From Azorhizobium sp. (lineage in GTDB: Bacteria > Pseudomonadota > Alphaproteobacteria > Rhizobiales > Xanthobacteraceae): a stretch of 24,000 bases of DNA. Under the pieces are notes generated by a model, which saw only the letters and a list, made by a program, of their open reading frames with translations, ran no database searches and was not told the DNA's origin. Shown here piece after piece: positions 8,100 to 15,376 of this stretch. Both the position numbers and the translations under genes were made by a program. Every line of letters begins with the position of its first letter. The first letter of the stretch is position 1. The DNA lies in assembly GCA_965227945.1 (NCBI GenBank), contig CBDDGQ010000006.1, forward strand, positions 3,508,781-3,532,780. Reading direction: 5' to 3'.

Positions 8100-8648
8100 A
8101 TGCGATCAGGGATTTCATTACGCGAAGATTTTGATGGAGAAGGTCTGCGGCGGCTGGCGCGGCAGACGAAAGATGCCGTTCAAGCGCGCCGTCTGTTGGC
8201 ACTCGCCTCAATCTACGATGGAGGCTCGCGTTCCGATGCCGCCCGCCTCGGCAGCGTCACGCTCCAAATTGTCCGGGACTGGGTCATGCGGTTCAACGAA
8301 CACGGTCCCCAAGGCCTGATCAATGGCAAGGCGCCCGGTCCGCAGTCGCGGTTGAACGATCAGCAGCGTGCGGCCTTGGCGCAAGCAATCGAGCGTGGGC
8401 CGACACCCTATCTCGACGGCGTTGTTCGTTGGCGTCTGTGCGATCTGGCGCAATGGCTTTGGGAAGAGTTTCGCGTTTCGGTGAGCGAGCAAACGCTGAG
8501 CCGGGAGGTGCGGGCCATGGGCTATCGCAAGCTGGCTGTCCGGCCCAAACATCACGCGCAAGACCCTCAAGCCATTGAGGGTTTTAAAAAAGCTTCCCTG
8601 CCGCAGTGGCAGAGATTGCCGCTGGAGCGGCCCGAGGAAAACGCATAG
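8100..8648 (+). CDS. IS630-family transposase, orfA (HTH DNA-binding part)
   Basis: Contains HTH-like segments (ARLGSVTLQIVRDWVMRFNEHG and the homeodomain-like region RWRLCDLAQWLWEEFRVSVSEQTLSREVRAMGY). It carries the run TTTAAAAAAG at 8583-8592. Confidence 0.8.
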   Translation: MRSGISLREDFDGEGLRRLARQTKDAVQARRLLALASIYDGGSRSDAARLGSVTLQIVRDWVMRFNEHGPQGLINGKAPGPQSRLNDQQRAALAQAIERGPTPYLDGVVRWRLCDLAQWLWEEFRVSVSEQTLSREVRAMGYRKLAVRPKHHAQDPQAIEGFKKASLPQWQRLPLERPEENA

Positions 8649-9160
8649 AGATTTGGTTTCAGGATGAGGCCCGTATCGGGCAAAAGAACAAGATCACCCG
8701 CCGATGGGCCAGGCGAGGAACACGGCCTTCAGCACCGCACGATCAGCGCACAAGGTCGGCCTACATCTTCGGCGCAATCTGCCCGAAGCTCGGCAAGGCG
8801 GCCGCGCTGGTCATGCCATGGTGCGACACCTACGCCATGACCCAGCATCTGGCCGAAATCGCCCGACACGTCGATGCCGACGCGCACGCTATCCTCATCA
8901 TGGATCAGGCAGGCTGGCACATGTCCAACAATCTCGTCGTGCCCGAAAACATCACCATTCTGCCACTCCCGCCGAAATCGCCGGAGCTGAACCCGGTCGA
9001 AAACCTCTGGCATTTCATGCGCGACAACTGGTTATCAAACCGCGTCTTCAAATCATACGACGACATCGTCGATCATTGCTGCGATGCCTGGCGGAAGCTC
9101 GAAAGCCAGCCCTGGCGCATCATGTCGATCGGGCGCAGAGAATGGGCCTATGGGTTTTGA
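8591..9160 (+). CDS. IS630-family transposase, orfB (DDE catalytic part), read in the -1 frame relative to orfA
   Basis: The DDE triad context is IWFQDE, LIMDQAGWH and ELNPVENLW. The -1 frame is open from the A6G run (8586-8592) onward. A slip there would give a fused transposase of about 350 aa (...GFKK/SFPAAVAEIAAG...). Confidence 0.8.
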   Translation, partial: SFPAAVAEIAAGAARGKRIEIWFQDEARIGQKNKITRRWARRGTRPSAPHDQRTRSAYIFGAICPKLGKAAALVMPWCDTYAMTQHLAEIARHVDADAHAILIMDQAGWHMSNNLVVPENITILPLPPKSPELNPVENLWHFMRDNWLSNRVFKSYDDIVDHCCDAWRKLESQPWRIMSIGRREWAYGF

Positions 9161-9179
9161 TCAGTGAGGGGCCGTATTA

Positions 9180-9326
9180 CTTGTCATGTTCGGCTATGCG
9201 GCACTCGGCTCGCAGGCCGTGCGTCTTTTGAAGACATCCGGCGCGATATGGCTCGACCGCATCTGCGGCGGCGTGCTTTTGGCGCTCGCCGGATCCCTCG
9301 CCTTCTACCGTCGCGCGACGGGCTGA
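9180..9326 (+). pseudogene. 3' remnant of a LysE/RhtB-family amino-acid exporter gene, adjoining the IS
   Basis: The frame starting directly after the IS right-end TA reads LVMFGYAALGSQAVRLLKTSGAIWLDRICGGVLLALAGSLAFYRRATG*. This is a typical LysE/RhtB C-terminus (last two TMs). Only about 150 nt are available on the left side of the IS (7861-8014), so most of the gene is missing. Confidence 0.55.
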
Positions 9327-9330
9327 CGCG

Positions 9331-9359
9331 CCTGCTCCGCCCGGCTGGGACGGAGCAGG
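9331..9359. terminator. Hairpin between convergent genes (LysE remnant and ompW)
   Basis: CCTGCTCCG (9331-9339) pairs with CGGAGCAGG (9351-9359): a 9-bp perfect stem with an 11-nt loop. Confidence 0.4.
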
Positions 9360-9368
9360 TCGACCATT

Positions 9369-10055
9369 CTAGAACCGATAGGTGACACCCGCACCGACCA
9401 GCCAGGGATTGAGCTTCGCCTTGCCGGTGAGCGGCGCCCCGTCGAGATCAACTTTCCATTTGGGCTCGAGGAAGATCTTCTTCACGTCGAAGTTCACGCC
9501 CCAATGCTCGTCCAGCATATAGTCGAAACCGACCTGCAGGGCCGCGCCCAGCTTGTTCTCGATGTCGAGATTGGAGAACTTGCCCGAGCCGGACTGCTCG
9601 TAGAACAGGCTGTAGTTCACCCCAGCACCGACATAGGGCTTGAACGCACCGAAATCGGTGAAGTGGTACTGCAGGGTCACCGTCGGCGGCAGCAGCCAGG
9701 CCTTGCCCACCTTGCCAAGCCCCTTGATCCCACCATCCGCGTGCACATTCGCATAGGTCGTGCCGAGAATGAGTTCGGCCGCGATGTTGTCGGTGAAGAA
9801 GTAGGAGATGTCGAGTTCCGGGATGACCGTGTCCGAATAGGAAAGGTCGGACCCCGGGATACCGTTCACGAAGCCGGAATCGTTCGTGATGACGCCAAGG
9901 CCGCGCACACGGATCTGCCAGGGGCTCTGCGCTGCGAAATCAAGCGTCGCCTCCGGCGGCGCCATGCGCTCCTCAAGGTCAGCTGCGGCAGCCTGTCCGG
10001 CCAGCAGCGCCAGGCCGGCGACAAGGGCGGCACGCCCCATCCAATTTCCCTTCAT
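9369..10055 (-). CDS. ompW: OmpW-family outer-membrane beta-barrel protein
   Basis: 228 aa. Signal peptide ending AAAA-DL, alternating beta-strand pattern, and conserved LLPPTVTLQYHF and PYVGAGVNYSLF segments. It has a C-terminal aromatic residue (…GVTYRF) and a GGAGAG SD. Confidence 0.9.
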   Translation of the reverse strand: MKGNWMGRAALVAGLALLAGQAAAADLEERMAPPEATLDFAAQSPWQIRVRGLGVITNDSGFVNGIPGSDLSYSDTVIPELDISYFFTDNIAAELILGTTYANVHADGGIKGLGKVGKAWLLPPTVTLQYHFTDFGAFKPYVGAGVNYSLFYEQSGSGKFSNLDIENKLGAALQVGFDYMLDEHWGVNFDVKKIFLEPKWKVDLDGAPLTGKAKLNPWLVGAGVTYRF

Positions 10056-10229
10056 GTCGTCTCTCCATCAAACGCGACTCGTCTTTGCGAGAGCGACTAT
10101 GAAGCGAGGCGGCACGGTGGTCCTTTGAGATGGATCAAACAGCGACACATGAAAGGAGGGATTGGCGAGAAATTCGCGCCAATCTTGACAATTGCCCAAT
10201 TAAAACAATGGCAGACATCAAACGGAAGA

Positions 10230-10250
10230 GGGCCGGCCGGTCGCCGGCCC
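10230..10250 (-). terminator. Rho-independent-type terminator after the GNAT gene
   Basis: GGGCCGGC / GCCGGCCC form an 8-bp stem with a 5-nt loop, 5 nt downstream of the stop (10256-10258). On the minus strand it is followed by TCTTCCGTTTGAT. Confidence 0.55.
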
Positions 10251-10255
10251 GAATG

Positions 10256-10846
10256 TCAGGCCGCCTTGCGCGGCTCCGTCACCATCCGCCGACGTCCGCC
10301 TGCGACGAGCACGCCGGCAGCACCGTCCAGCCAGCCGTCCTTCAGCTCCAGCGCGAGAAAGCGGCGACGCTCGAACGGACCAGGCATGACGAGATGCTGT
10401 GCCTTATCGGCAAAGAAACCGAAGCGCTCGTAATATTCCGGATCGCCCACCAGCAGCACGGCCCCGTGACCACGGCCCTGCGCCTCGGTGATCGCAGCCC
10501 GCATCAGCGCACCGCCGATGCCCTTGCCTTCGTGCTCGCAATCGACGGCAAGTGGACCGAGCAGCAGCGCCGGCACGGCATTGCCTTCGGAATCGACCCC
10601 GGCCTCGACATTCCACAGACGCACGGTGCCGATGACGTGGCCGTCCAGATCCCGCGCGACAAGCGCGAGACCTTCGGCCGGCATGCGGCCGCGGCGGATC
10701 TTTTCCGACGACTTGCGGAACCGGGCTTCGCCCATGACGCGATCGAGCAGGCGCTCGCGCGCAACGACGTCGCCGGCATTCTCCTGGTCGATGGTGAAGG
10801 CGGCATGCGCGAAGAACGCGCGGACAGAATCAAGAACAGTGGCCAT
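10256..10846 (-). CDS. GNAT-family N-acetyltransferase (YhbS-like)
   Basis: The acetyl-CoA binding core is reflected in VDCEHEGKGIGGALMRAAITEAQGRGHGAVLLVGDPEYYERFGF. I chose ATG 10846 (MATVLDS...) because GGGAGG lies 7 nt upstream. Confidence 0.85.
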   Translation of the reverse strand: MATVLDSVRAFFAHAAFTIDQENAGDVVARERLLDRVMGEARFRKSSEKIRRGRMPAEGLALVARDLDGHVIGTVRLWNVEAGVDSEGNAVPALLLGPLAVDCEHEGKGIGGALMRAAITEAQGRGHGAVLLVGDPEYYERFGFFADKAQHLVMPGPFERRRFLALELKDGWLDGAAGVLVAGGRRRMVTEPRKAA

Positions 10847-10905
10847 CTCTGGGCCTCCCGCACTCAAAACCGATTCAAACGGTATCCAGAACAAATTGTG
10901 AGGGT

Positions 10906-10931
10906 GGCGCTCCCGCAGGGACGGGAGCGCC
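10906..10931 (-). terminator. Strong intercistronic hairpin between odc and the GNAT gene
   Basis: GGCGCTCCCG (10906-10915) pairs with CGGGAGCGCC (10922-10931): a 10-bp perfect stem with a 6-nt loop. It begins 7 nt after the odc stop (10938-10940). Confidence 0.5.
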
Positions 10932-10937
10932 GGGTGG

Positions 10938-12071
10938 TCAGATCACGTAGGCCTTGAGCGGCTCGAAGCCGTTGAAGGCGACAGCCGAGTAGGTCGTCGT
11001 GTAGGCGCCGGTGCCTTCGATCAGAACCTCGTCGCCGATCGAAAGCGAGACCGGCAGCGGATACATGTTCTTCTCGTACATCACGTCGGCCGAATCGCAG
11101 GTCGGGCCGGCGAGAACGCAGGGCTCCATCTCGTCCTGATCGCGCGCGGTGCGGATCGGGTAGCGGATCGCCTCGTCCATGGTTTCGGCGAGACCGCCGA
11201 ACTTGCCGATGTCGAGGAAGACCCAGCGATGGTTGTCGTTGTCCGACTTCTTCGAGACGAGAACGACTTCCGCCTTGATGACACCCGCATTGCCGACCAT
11301 GCCGCGGCCCGGCTCGATGATGGTTTCCGGGATCTGGTTGCCGAAGTGCTTCTTCAGCGCGCCGAAGATCGCCTTGCCATAAGCTTCGGCAGACGGGACG
11401 TCACGCAGGTACTTCGTCGGGAAGCCGCCGCCCATGTTGACCATCTTGAGCTCGATGCCCTGCTTGGCAAGCTGCACGAAGACGCGCTTGGCATCGGCAA
11501 GCGCCGAATCCCAGGCATCGACCTTCGTCATCTGCGAGCCGACATGGAACGACACGCCATAGGAGACGAGACCGTTCTGGTGGGCATAGACGAGCACGTC
11601 GACGGCCATCTGCGGTACGCAGCCGAACTTGCGCGACAGCGGCCATTCGGCGCCTTCGCCATCCGTCAGGACACGGCAGAACACACGTGCACCGGGAGCG
11701 GCACGGGAAATCTTCTCGACTTCCTCATGGCTGTCGACAGCAAAGAGCGAAACGCCGAGCGCATGCGCCTTGGCGACGTCGCGTTCCTTCTTGATCGTGT
11801 TGCCGAAGGAGATGCGGCTCGGGGTGGCACCGGCGTCGAGCGCCATTTCGATTTCGGCGACGGACGCGCAATCGAAGTTGGAGCCCATGGAGGCGAGCAG
11901 GCGCAGGACTTCCGGGGCCGGGTTGGCCTTGACAGCGTAGTAGATGGAGCTGTCGGGCAGCGCGTGGCGGAACGCCTTGAAATTGTCACGCACGACATCG
12001 AGGTCGACCACGAGGCACGGGCCGTCGGGACGTCGGGTGTTCAGGAAGTCGATAATACGTGCAGAGGTCAT
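10938..12071 (-). CDS. odc: Ornithine (ornithine/lysine) decarboxylase, eukaryotic-type group IV PLP decarboxylase
   Basis: 377 aa from ATG 12071 (MTSARIIDFLNTRRPDGPCLVVDLD...). PLP-Lys context YYAVKANP, phosphate-binding loop MGGGFP, and active-site GPTCDSADV. The upstream in-frame extension to 12476 has low GC3 and no homology logic. Confidence 0.9.
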   Translation of the reverse strand: MTSARIIDFLNTRRPDGPCLVVDLDVVRDNFKAFRHALPDSSIYYAVKANPAPEVLRLLASMGSNFDCASVAEIEMALDAGATPSRISFGNTIKKERDVAKAHALGVSLFAVDSHEEVEKISRAAPGARVFCRVLTDGEGAEWPLSRKFGCVPQMAVDVLVYAHQNGLVSYGVSFHVGSQMTKVDAWDSALADAKRVFVQLAKQGIELKMVNMGGGFPTKYLRDVPSAEAYGKAIFGALKKHFGNQIPETIIEPGRGMVGNAGVIKAEVVLVSKKSDNDNHRWVFLDIGKFGGLAETMDEAIRYPIRTARDQDEMEPCVLAGPTCDSADVMYEKNMYPLPVSLSIGDEVLIEGTGAYTTTYSAVAFNGFEPLKAYVI

Positions 12072-12476
12072 TTCGGTATTCCCCATATCCAGGTTGCTCC
12101 GGGAAAACCCCAGAGGACAAAGGGCAGATGCAGGCACGCTCTGGAACCAGCCGGTGGAGACCCCGGAACCAAGCATGCGCATCATGCGCGAACGGTGAAC
12201 CAAAGCCCGCCTAGGCTTTGATTCGGCTTTGTCTGCCATGGATTGGCGGGAGAACCCGACCGCACGTCCGGCAATGAAGGTGTGCCTCTTCAGTAACCCC
12301 GGCTGTTGGAAAGCCGGCAGACACCAGAAAGGCCCGCACCGTCGTTGCTTCAAGATGTCCTCGCTCTTCCGGTTGGCCGGAGAAACGACTGGAGGGGTTA
12401 GTTCCAGGTACCTTACCGAGTTCCTCACCAAATCGAGGGTCGGCGGACACCCACAGGCACGTGCGACTTTGGGCAA
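12072..12476 (-). promoter_or_regulatory. Long structured 5' leader of odc; candidate speF-type cis-regulatory RNA
   Basis: About 400 nt lie between a promoter-like site and the odc start, with several hairpins on the minus strand. Examples are CCGGCT-N7-AGCCGG, CAAAGCC-N6-GGCTTTG and CTGGA-N9-TCCAG. A conserved 'speF' RNA motif is known upstream of ornithine decarboxylase genes in alpha-proteobacteria. I could not align this leader to that consensus from memory. Confidence 0.4.
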
Positions 12477-12482
12477 GGCGGG

Positions 12483-12511
12483 AGATAAGAAGAATCGCTG
12501 TCGTAATCAAG
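12483..12511 (-). promoter_or_regulatory. Putative sigma-70-type promoter for odc
   Basis: The minus strand reads CTTGAT (12511-12506), a 17-nt spacer, then TTATCT (12488-12483). An A-tract (GCAAAAAACC) precedes it. This resembles the alphaproteobacterial CTTGAC-N17-CTATAT consensus. Confidence 0.3.
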
Positions 12512-12630
12512 AGGTTTTTTGCGGAACGCTATTGAAAATATTCTGACAGCCACGACATTCGCCGAACTGGTTTTCACAGAATGGTGATTACGCCCCGGCC
12601 ACCGTTTCGGCCGCAGCCGCATGGGGACAC

Positions 12631-13536
12631 ATGGATACTCTGACCCGAATCCGGGCCTTCATAGACGTCGTGGACGCCGAGGGCTTTTCCGCCGCCTCCC
12701 GCAAGACCGGCCGGTCCAAGGCGCTGCTGTCGAAATATGTGCGTGAGCTGGAGGACGAATTGGGCACGCTACTCCTCAATCGCACCACGCGCCAGTTCTC
12801 TATGACCGAGGCCGGCCACACCTACTACCGCACCGCCTCCGATATCCTGAAGGAGATCGACAATCTTGCCGATCTCGTGCGCGAGAAGAACACCGACCTG
12901 CGCGGCAAGCTGAAGGTTTCCGCGCCACGTACCTTCGTCGACGCCGACATCGGCCAGTCAATCATCGATTTCGGCAAGGAGCACCCGGAACTCTCGCTGG
13001 AAATCGTCTCGGACGACCGCTTCGTCGATCTCGTTGAAGAAGGTTTCGACGTGGCTGTCCGCATTACGCGCCTGGAAGACTCGGCCCTCATCGCGCGCAA
13101 ACTCGGCGATTTCTACCTGAAGATCTGCGTCAGCGCGGAGTTCCTGGAGCGGGTCGGCCCGATCAACCACCCAAGCGACCTTGCCCGCCTGCCCTGCATC
13201 ATCGACACCAACGGCAAGTCGCACAGCAACTGGCGCTTCATCGACGAGAAGGGCGCGGGCTTTTCCGTGCCTGTCGGCGGCCATATCGAGGTGAACAGCC
13301 CGACGGCAGCCGTGCGCGCGGCGGCGAGTGGCCTCGGCGTCGCACAGGTGCCGGCCTTCATCGCCCGCCATTGCCTCGACAGCGGCAAGATCGTTTCGAT
13401 CCTGGAGGATTACCTACCGACAGACCGCGGCATCTACGCGATCTATCCGCACCGCCGCTACCTGCCCGCGAAGGTGCGCACCTTCGTCGACTTCCTGCAC
13501 GGCTGGTTCCGCCGCAATCCCGGCATCGAAGCATAA
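12631..13536 (+). CDS. LysR-family transcriptional regulator
   Basis: 301 aa. N-terminal HTH (FIDVVDAEGFSAASRKTGRSKALLSKYVRELEDELGTLLLNRTTRQFSMTEAG) plus a C-terminal LysR substrate-binding domain. It is divergent from odc and co-directional with the metal transporter pair. Confidence 0.9.
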   Translation: MDTLTRIRAFIDVVDAEGFSAASRKTGRSKALLSKYVRELEDELGTLLLNRTTRQFSMTEAGHTYYRTASDILKEIDNLADLVREKNTDLRGKLKVSAPRTFVDADIGQSIIDFGKEHPELSLEIVSDDRFVDLVEEGFDVAVRITRLEDSALIARKLGDFYLKICVSAEFLERVGPINHPSDLARLPCIIDTNGKSHSNWRFIDEKGAGFSVPVGGHIEVNSPTAAVRAAASGLGVAQVPAFIARHCLDSGKIVSILEDYLPTDRGIYAIYPHRRYLPAKVRTFVDFLHGWFRRNPGIEA

Positions 13537-13622
13537 GGTGCCGCGGCGAGGTCCCAATTCCGACCCATTTGCGTTACATTCAGCCGGTCGATTCTGAACG
13601 CTGCCGCGAGAGGATATACCCC

Positions 13623-14264
13623 ATGCGATTCCTCCCCCTCCTCGTTGCCGGAGCAGCCTTCCTTGCCCCGGCTGCGGCCTTTGCCCATCCGCATATCTTC
13701 GCGGAAGCGCGGCTTGAAGTGGTGGCCGGCGAAGACGGCACGGTCAGCGAATTGCGCAATGTCTGGCGTTTCGACGAAATGTTCTCGGCCAGCGTCGTGA
13801 TGGATTTCGACAAGAACAGCAATGCCGCGCTCGATCCGGACGAACTGGCGGAAGTCGGCCAGACTGTTCTCGAGTCGCTGGAAGAGTTCAGCTACTACAC
13901 GACGATCACCGAGGATGGGAAATCCATCAAGATCGCCAAGCCCGACGCGATCAACGTCGACTACAAGGACGGGCAGCTCCTGATGTTCTTCACCGTCAAG
14001 CCAGGCGAAGCCATGCCCCTCAAGGGCAAGCTCACCTTCGGCGTCTATGACCCCACCATGTACGCTGCCATGGACTTCGCCTCGGACGACGACCTCATCG
14101 CCGTCGGCGACAAGTTCACTGCCTGCAAGCGGGCGGTCGTGCGGCCGGATGCGGACGAGGTGCTTGCCCAGAACCAGGACAGCCTGACGGAAGCCTTCTT
14201 CAATGATCCCGCGGGCACCGACATGTCGAAACTCTTCGCCACCCGTCTGGAGCTGACATGCTGA
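13623..14264 (+). CDS. DUF1007-family periplasmic protein (partner of NicO-type transporters)
   Basis: I chose ATG 13623 (GAGAGGA SD). Signal peptide MRFLPLLVAGAAFLAPAAAFA is followed immediately by HPHIF (an N-terminal His-Pro-His). The gene overlaps the downstream transporter gene by 7 nt. Confidence 0.8.
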   Translation: MRFLPLLVAGAAFLAPAAAFAHPHIFAEARLEVVAGEDGTVSELRNVWRFDEMFSASVVMDFDKNSNAALDPDELAEVGQTVLESLEEFSYYTTITEDGKSIKIAKPDAINVDYKDGQLLMFFTVKPGEAMPLKGKLTFGVYDPTMYAAMDFASDDDLIAVGDKFTACKRAVVRPDADEVLAQNQDSLTEAFFNDPAGTDMSKLFATRLELTC

Positions 14265-15265
14265 CCCGCGGCCGGGCTCTTGCCCTTCTCACGCTGACAG
14301 TCGCGATCGCGACCGCTGCCGGTCTTGCCCACGCACAGTCGCCGCTCGGCATCGGCTCGGCGGAGCCGGGTTTCAACACGACCGGCACCTTCGGCAGCCT
14401 GTTCGGCTGGATCAACGCCCAGCAGCAGGGCTTCTACCGCGCCATGACCGGCGCGTTGAAGGAGATGCGCGGAAATCCCTGGGCAGCGTCCACGCTGGTC
14501 GGCCTCTCCTTCGCCTATGGCGTCTTCCATGCCGCCGGCCCCGGCCACGGCAAGGCCGTCATCTCCTCCTACATGCTGGCAAACGAGGTGGAGCTGAAGC
14601 GCGGCGTTGCTCTCTCCTTCCTCTCCTCGATCCTGCAGGGCATCGTCGCGATCTTGCTCGTCGGCGCGGCCTATCTCTTCCTGCGCGGCACCACGGTCTC
14701 AATGACCGATGCCACCCGCGCACTCGAAATCGGCAGCTACGCCCTCATCGCCCTTTTCGGTGCCTGGCTGCTCTTCCGCAAGCTGCGACCGGCGGAACGA
14801 CGGGCCTCGGCGCTTGGCGCGCAGGCGGTCGAGGTACACGATCACGACCATCGCGACCATGCGCATCATCACCACCATGCCGGGGAGATCTGCTCGACCT
14901 GCGGCCATGCCCATGCACCGGATCCATCGCTCCTGAAGGGTGAGCGCTTTGCACTGCGCGAGGCCTGGTCGGCCATCGTCGCCGTCGGTCTCAGGCCCTG
15001 CTCGGGTGCGCTGATCGTGCTCAGCTTCGCGCTTCTGAACGGCCTCTATCTCGGCGGCCTGCTCGCCGTCTTCGCCATGTCGATCGGCACGGCGATCACC
15101 GTCTCCACCCTCGCCACGCTCGCCGTCACGGCCAAAGGCGCGGCCGTTCGTTTCGCCGGCAACGGTTCGGCCGCCGCCCGCGTGGGTAGCGCCATCGAGA
15201 TCGGTGGCGCAGCGCTGGTCATGGTCCTTGGATTGCTCCTGCTCGGCGCTGCACTGCAGGGCTGA
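14258..15265 (+). CDS. NicO/RcnA-like nickel-cobalt type metal transporter with a His-rich loop
   Basis: Signature HAAGPGHGK in the TM2 region and multiple TMs. The cytoplasmic loop VHDHDHRDHAHHHHHAGEICSTCGHAHA is encoded at nt 14837-14914. Confidence 0.85.
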   Translation: MLTRGRALALLTLTVAIATAAGLAHAQSPLGIGSAEPGFNTTGTFGSLFGWINAQQQGFYRAMTGALKEMRGNPWAASTLVGLSFAYGVFHAAGPGHGKAVISSYMLANEVELKRGVALSFLSSILQGIVAILLVGAAYLFLRGTTVSMTDATRALEIGSYALIALFGAWLLFRKLRPAERRASALGAQAVEVHDHDHRDHAHHHHHAGEICSTCGHAHAPDPSLLKGERFALREAWSAIVAVGLRPCSGALIVLSFALLNGLYLGGLLAVFAMSIGTAITVSTLATLAVTAKGAAVRFAGNGSAAARVGSAIEIGGAALVMVLGLLLLGAALQG

Positions 15266-15376
15266 TAACAGCGCCCTAGATCATTTGCAGGAAAGTGCGA
15301 AGCGGTTTTCCGTCTGGAAAAGCGTTAAAACAAAGAGATCGAGTGTTTTCGCGATTCAGAGAAAAACGGAAACGCT

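Larger units (their letters stand above)
8015..9179 (+). mobile_element. IS630-family insertion sequence (about 1.16 kb)
   Basis: Terminal inverted repeats are TAATACGCCGCCTCGCTGA (8015-8033) and the reverse complement of 9161-9179, TAATACGGCCCCTCACTGA (16 of 19 match). TA dinucleotides sit at both ends, as expected for IS630/Tc1 target duplication. Size and transposase organisation are typical of the family. Confidence 0.85.

Noticed and set aside
12072-12476. In-frame 135-codon N-terminal extension of the ornithine decarboxylase ORF (track ORF 10938-12476)
   Set aside because: Third-position GC is clearly lower than in the body of the gene, and the translation (…CGPFWCLPAFQQPG…RSRMMRMLGSG…) is not protein-like. 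The decarboxylase fold begins right at MTSARIIDF (ATG 12071). The region is better explained as an untranslated leader.
12574-12587. Dyad TCAC-N6-GTGA, 44-57 nt upstream of the lysR start, considered as a LysR (T-N11-A) box
   Set aside because: The arms are only 4 bp, and the spacing does not give a canonical T-N11-A. A dyad like this is expected by chance in a 150-nt AT-richer spacer, so I cannot support it as a binding site.
13371-13622. Upstream extension of the DUF1007 ORF overlapping the end of lysR
   Set aside because: The extension translates as Arg/Pro-rich shadow sequence of the lysR 3' end. A good SD (GAGAGGA) and a signal peptide begin at ATG 13623.
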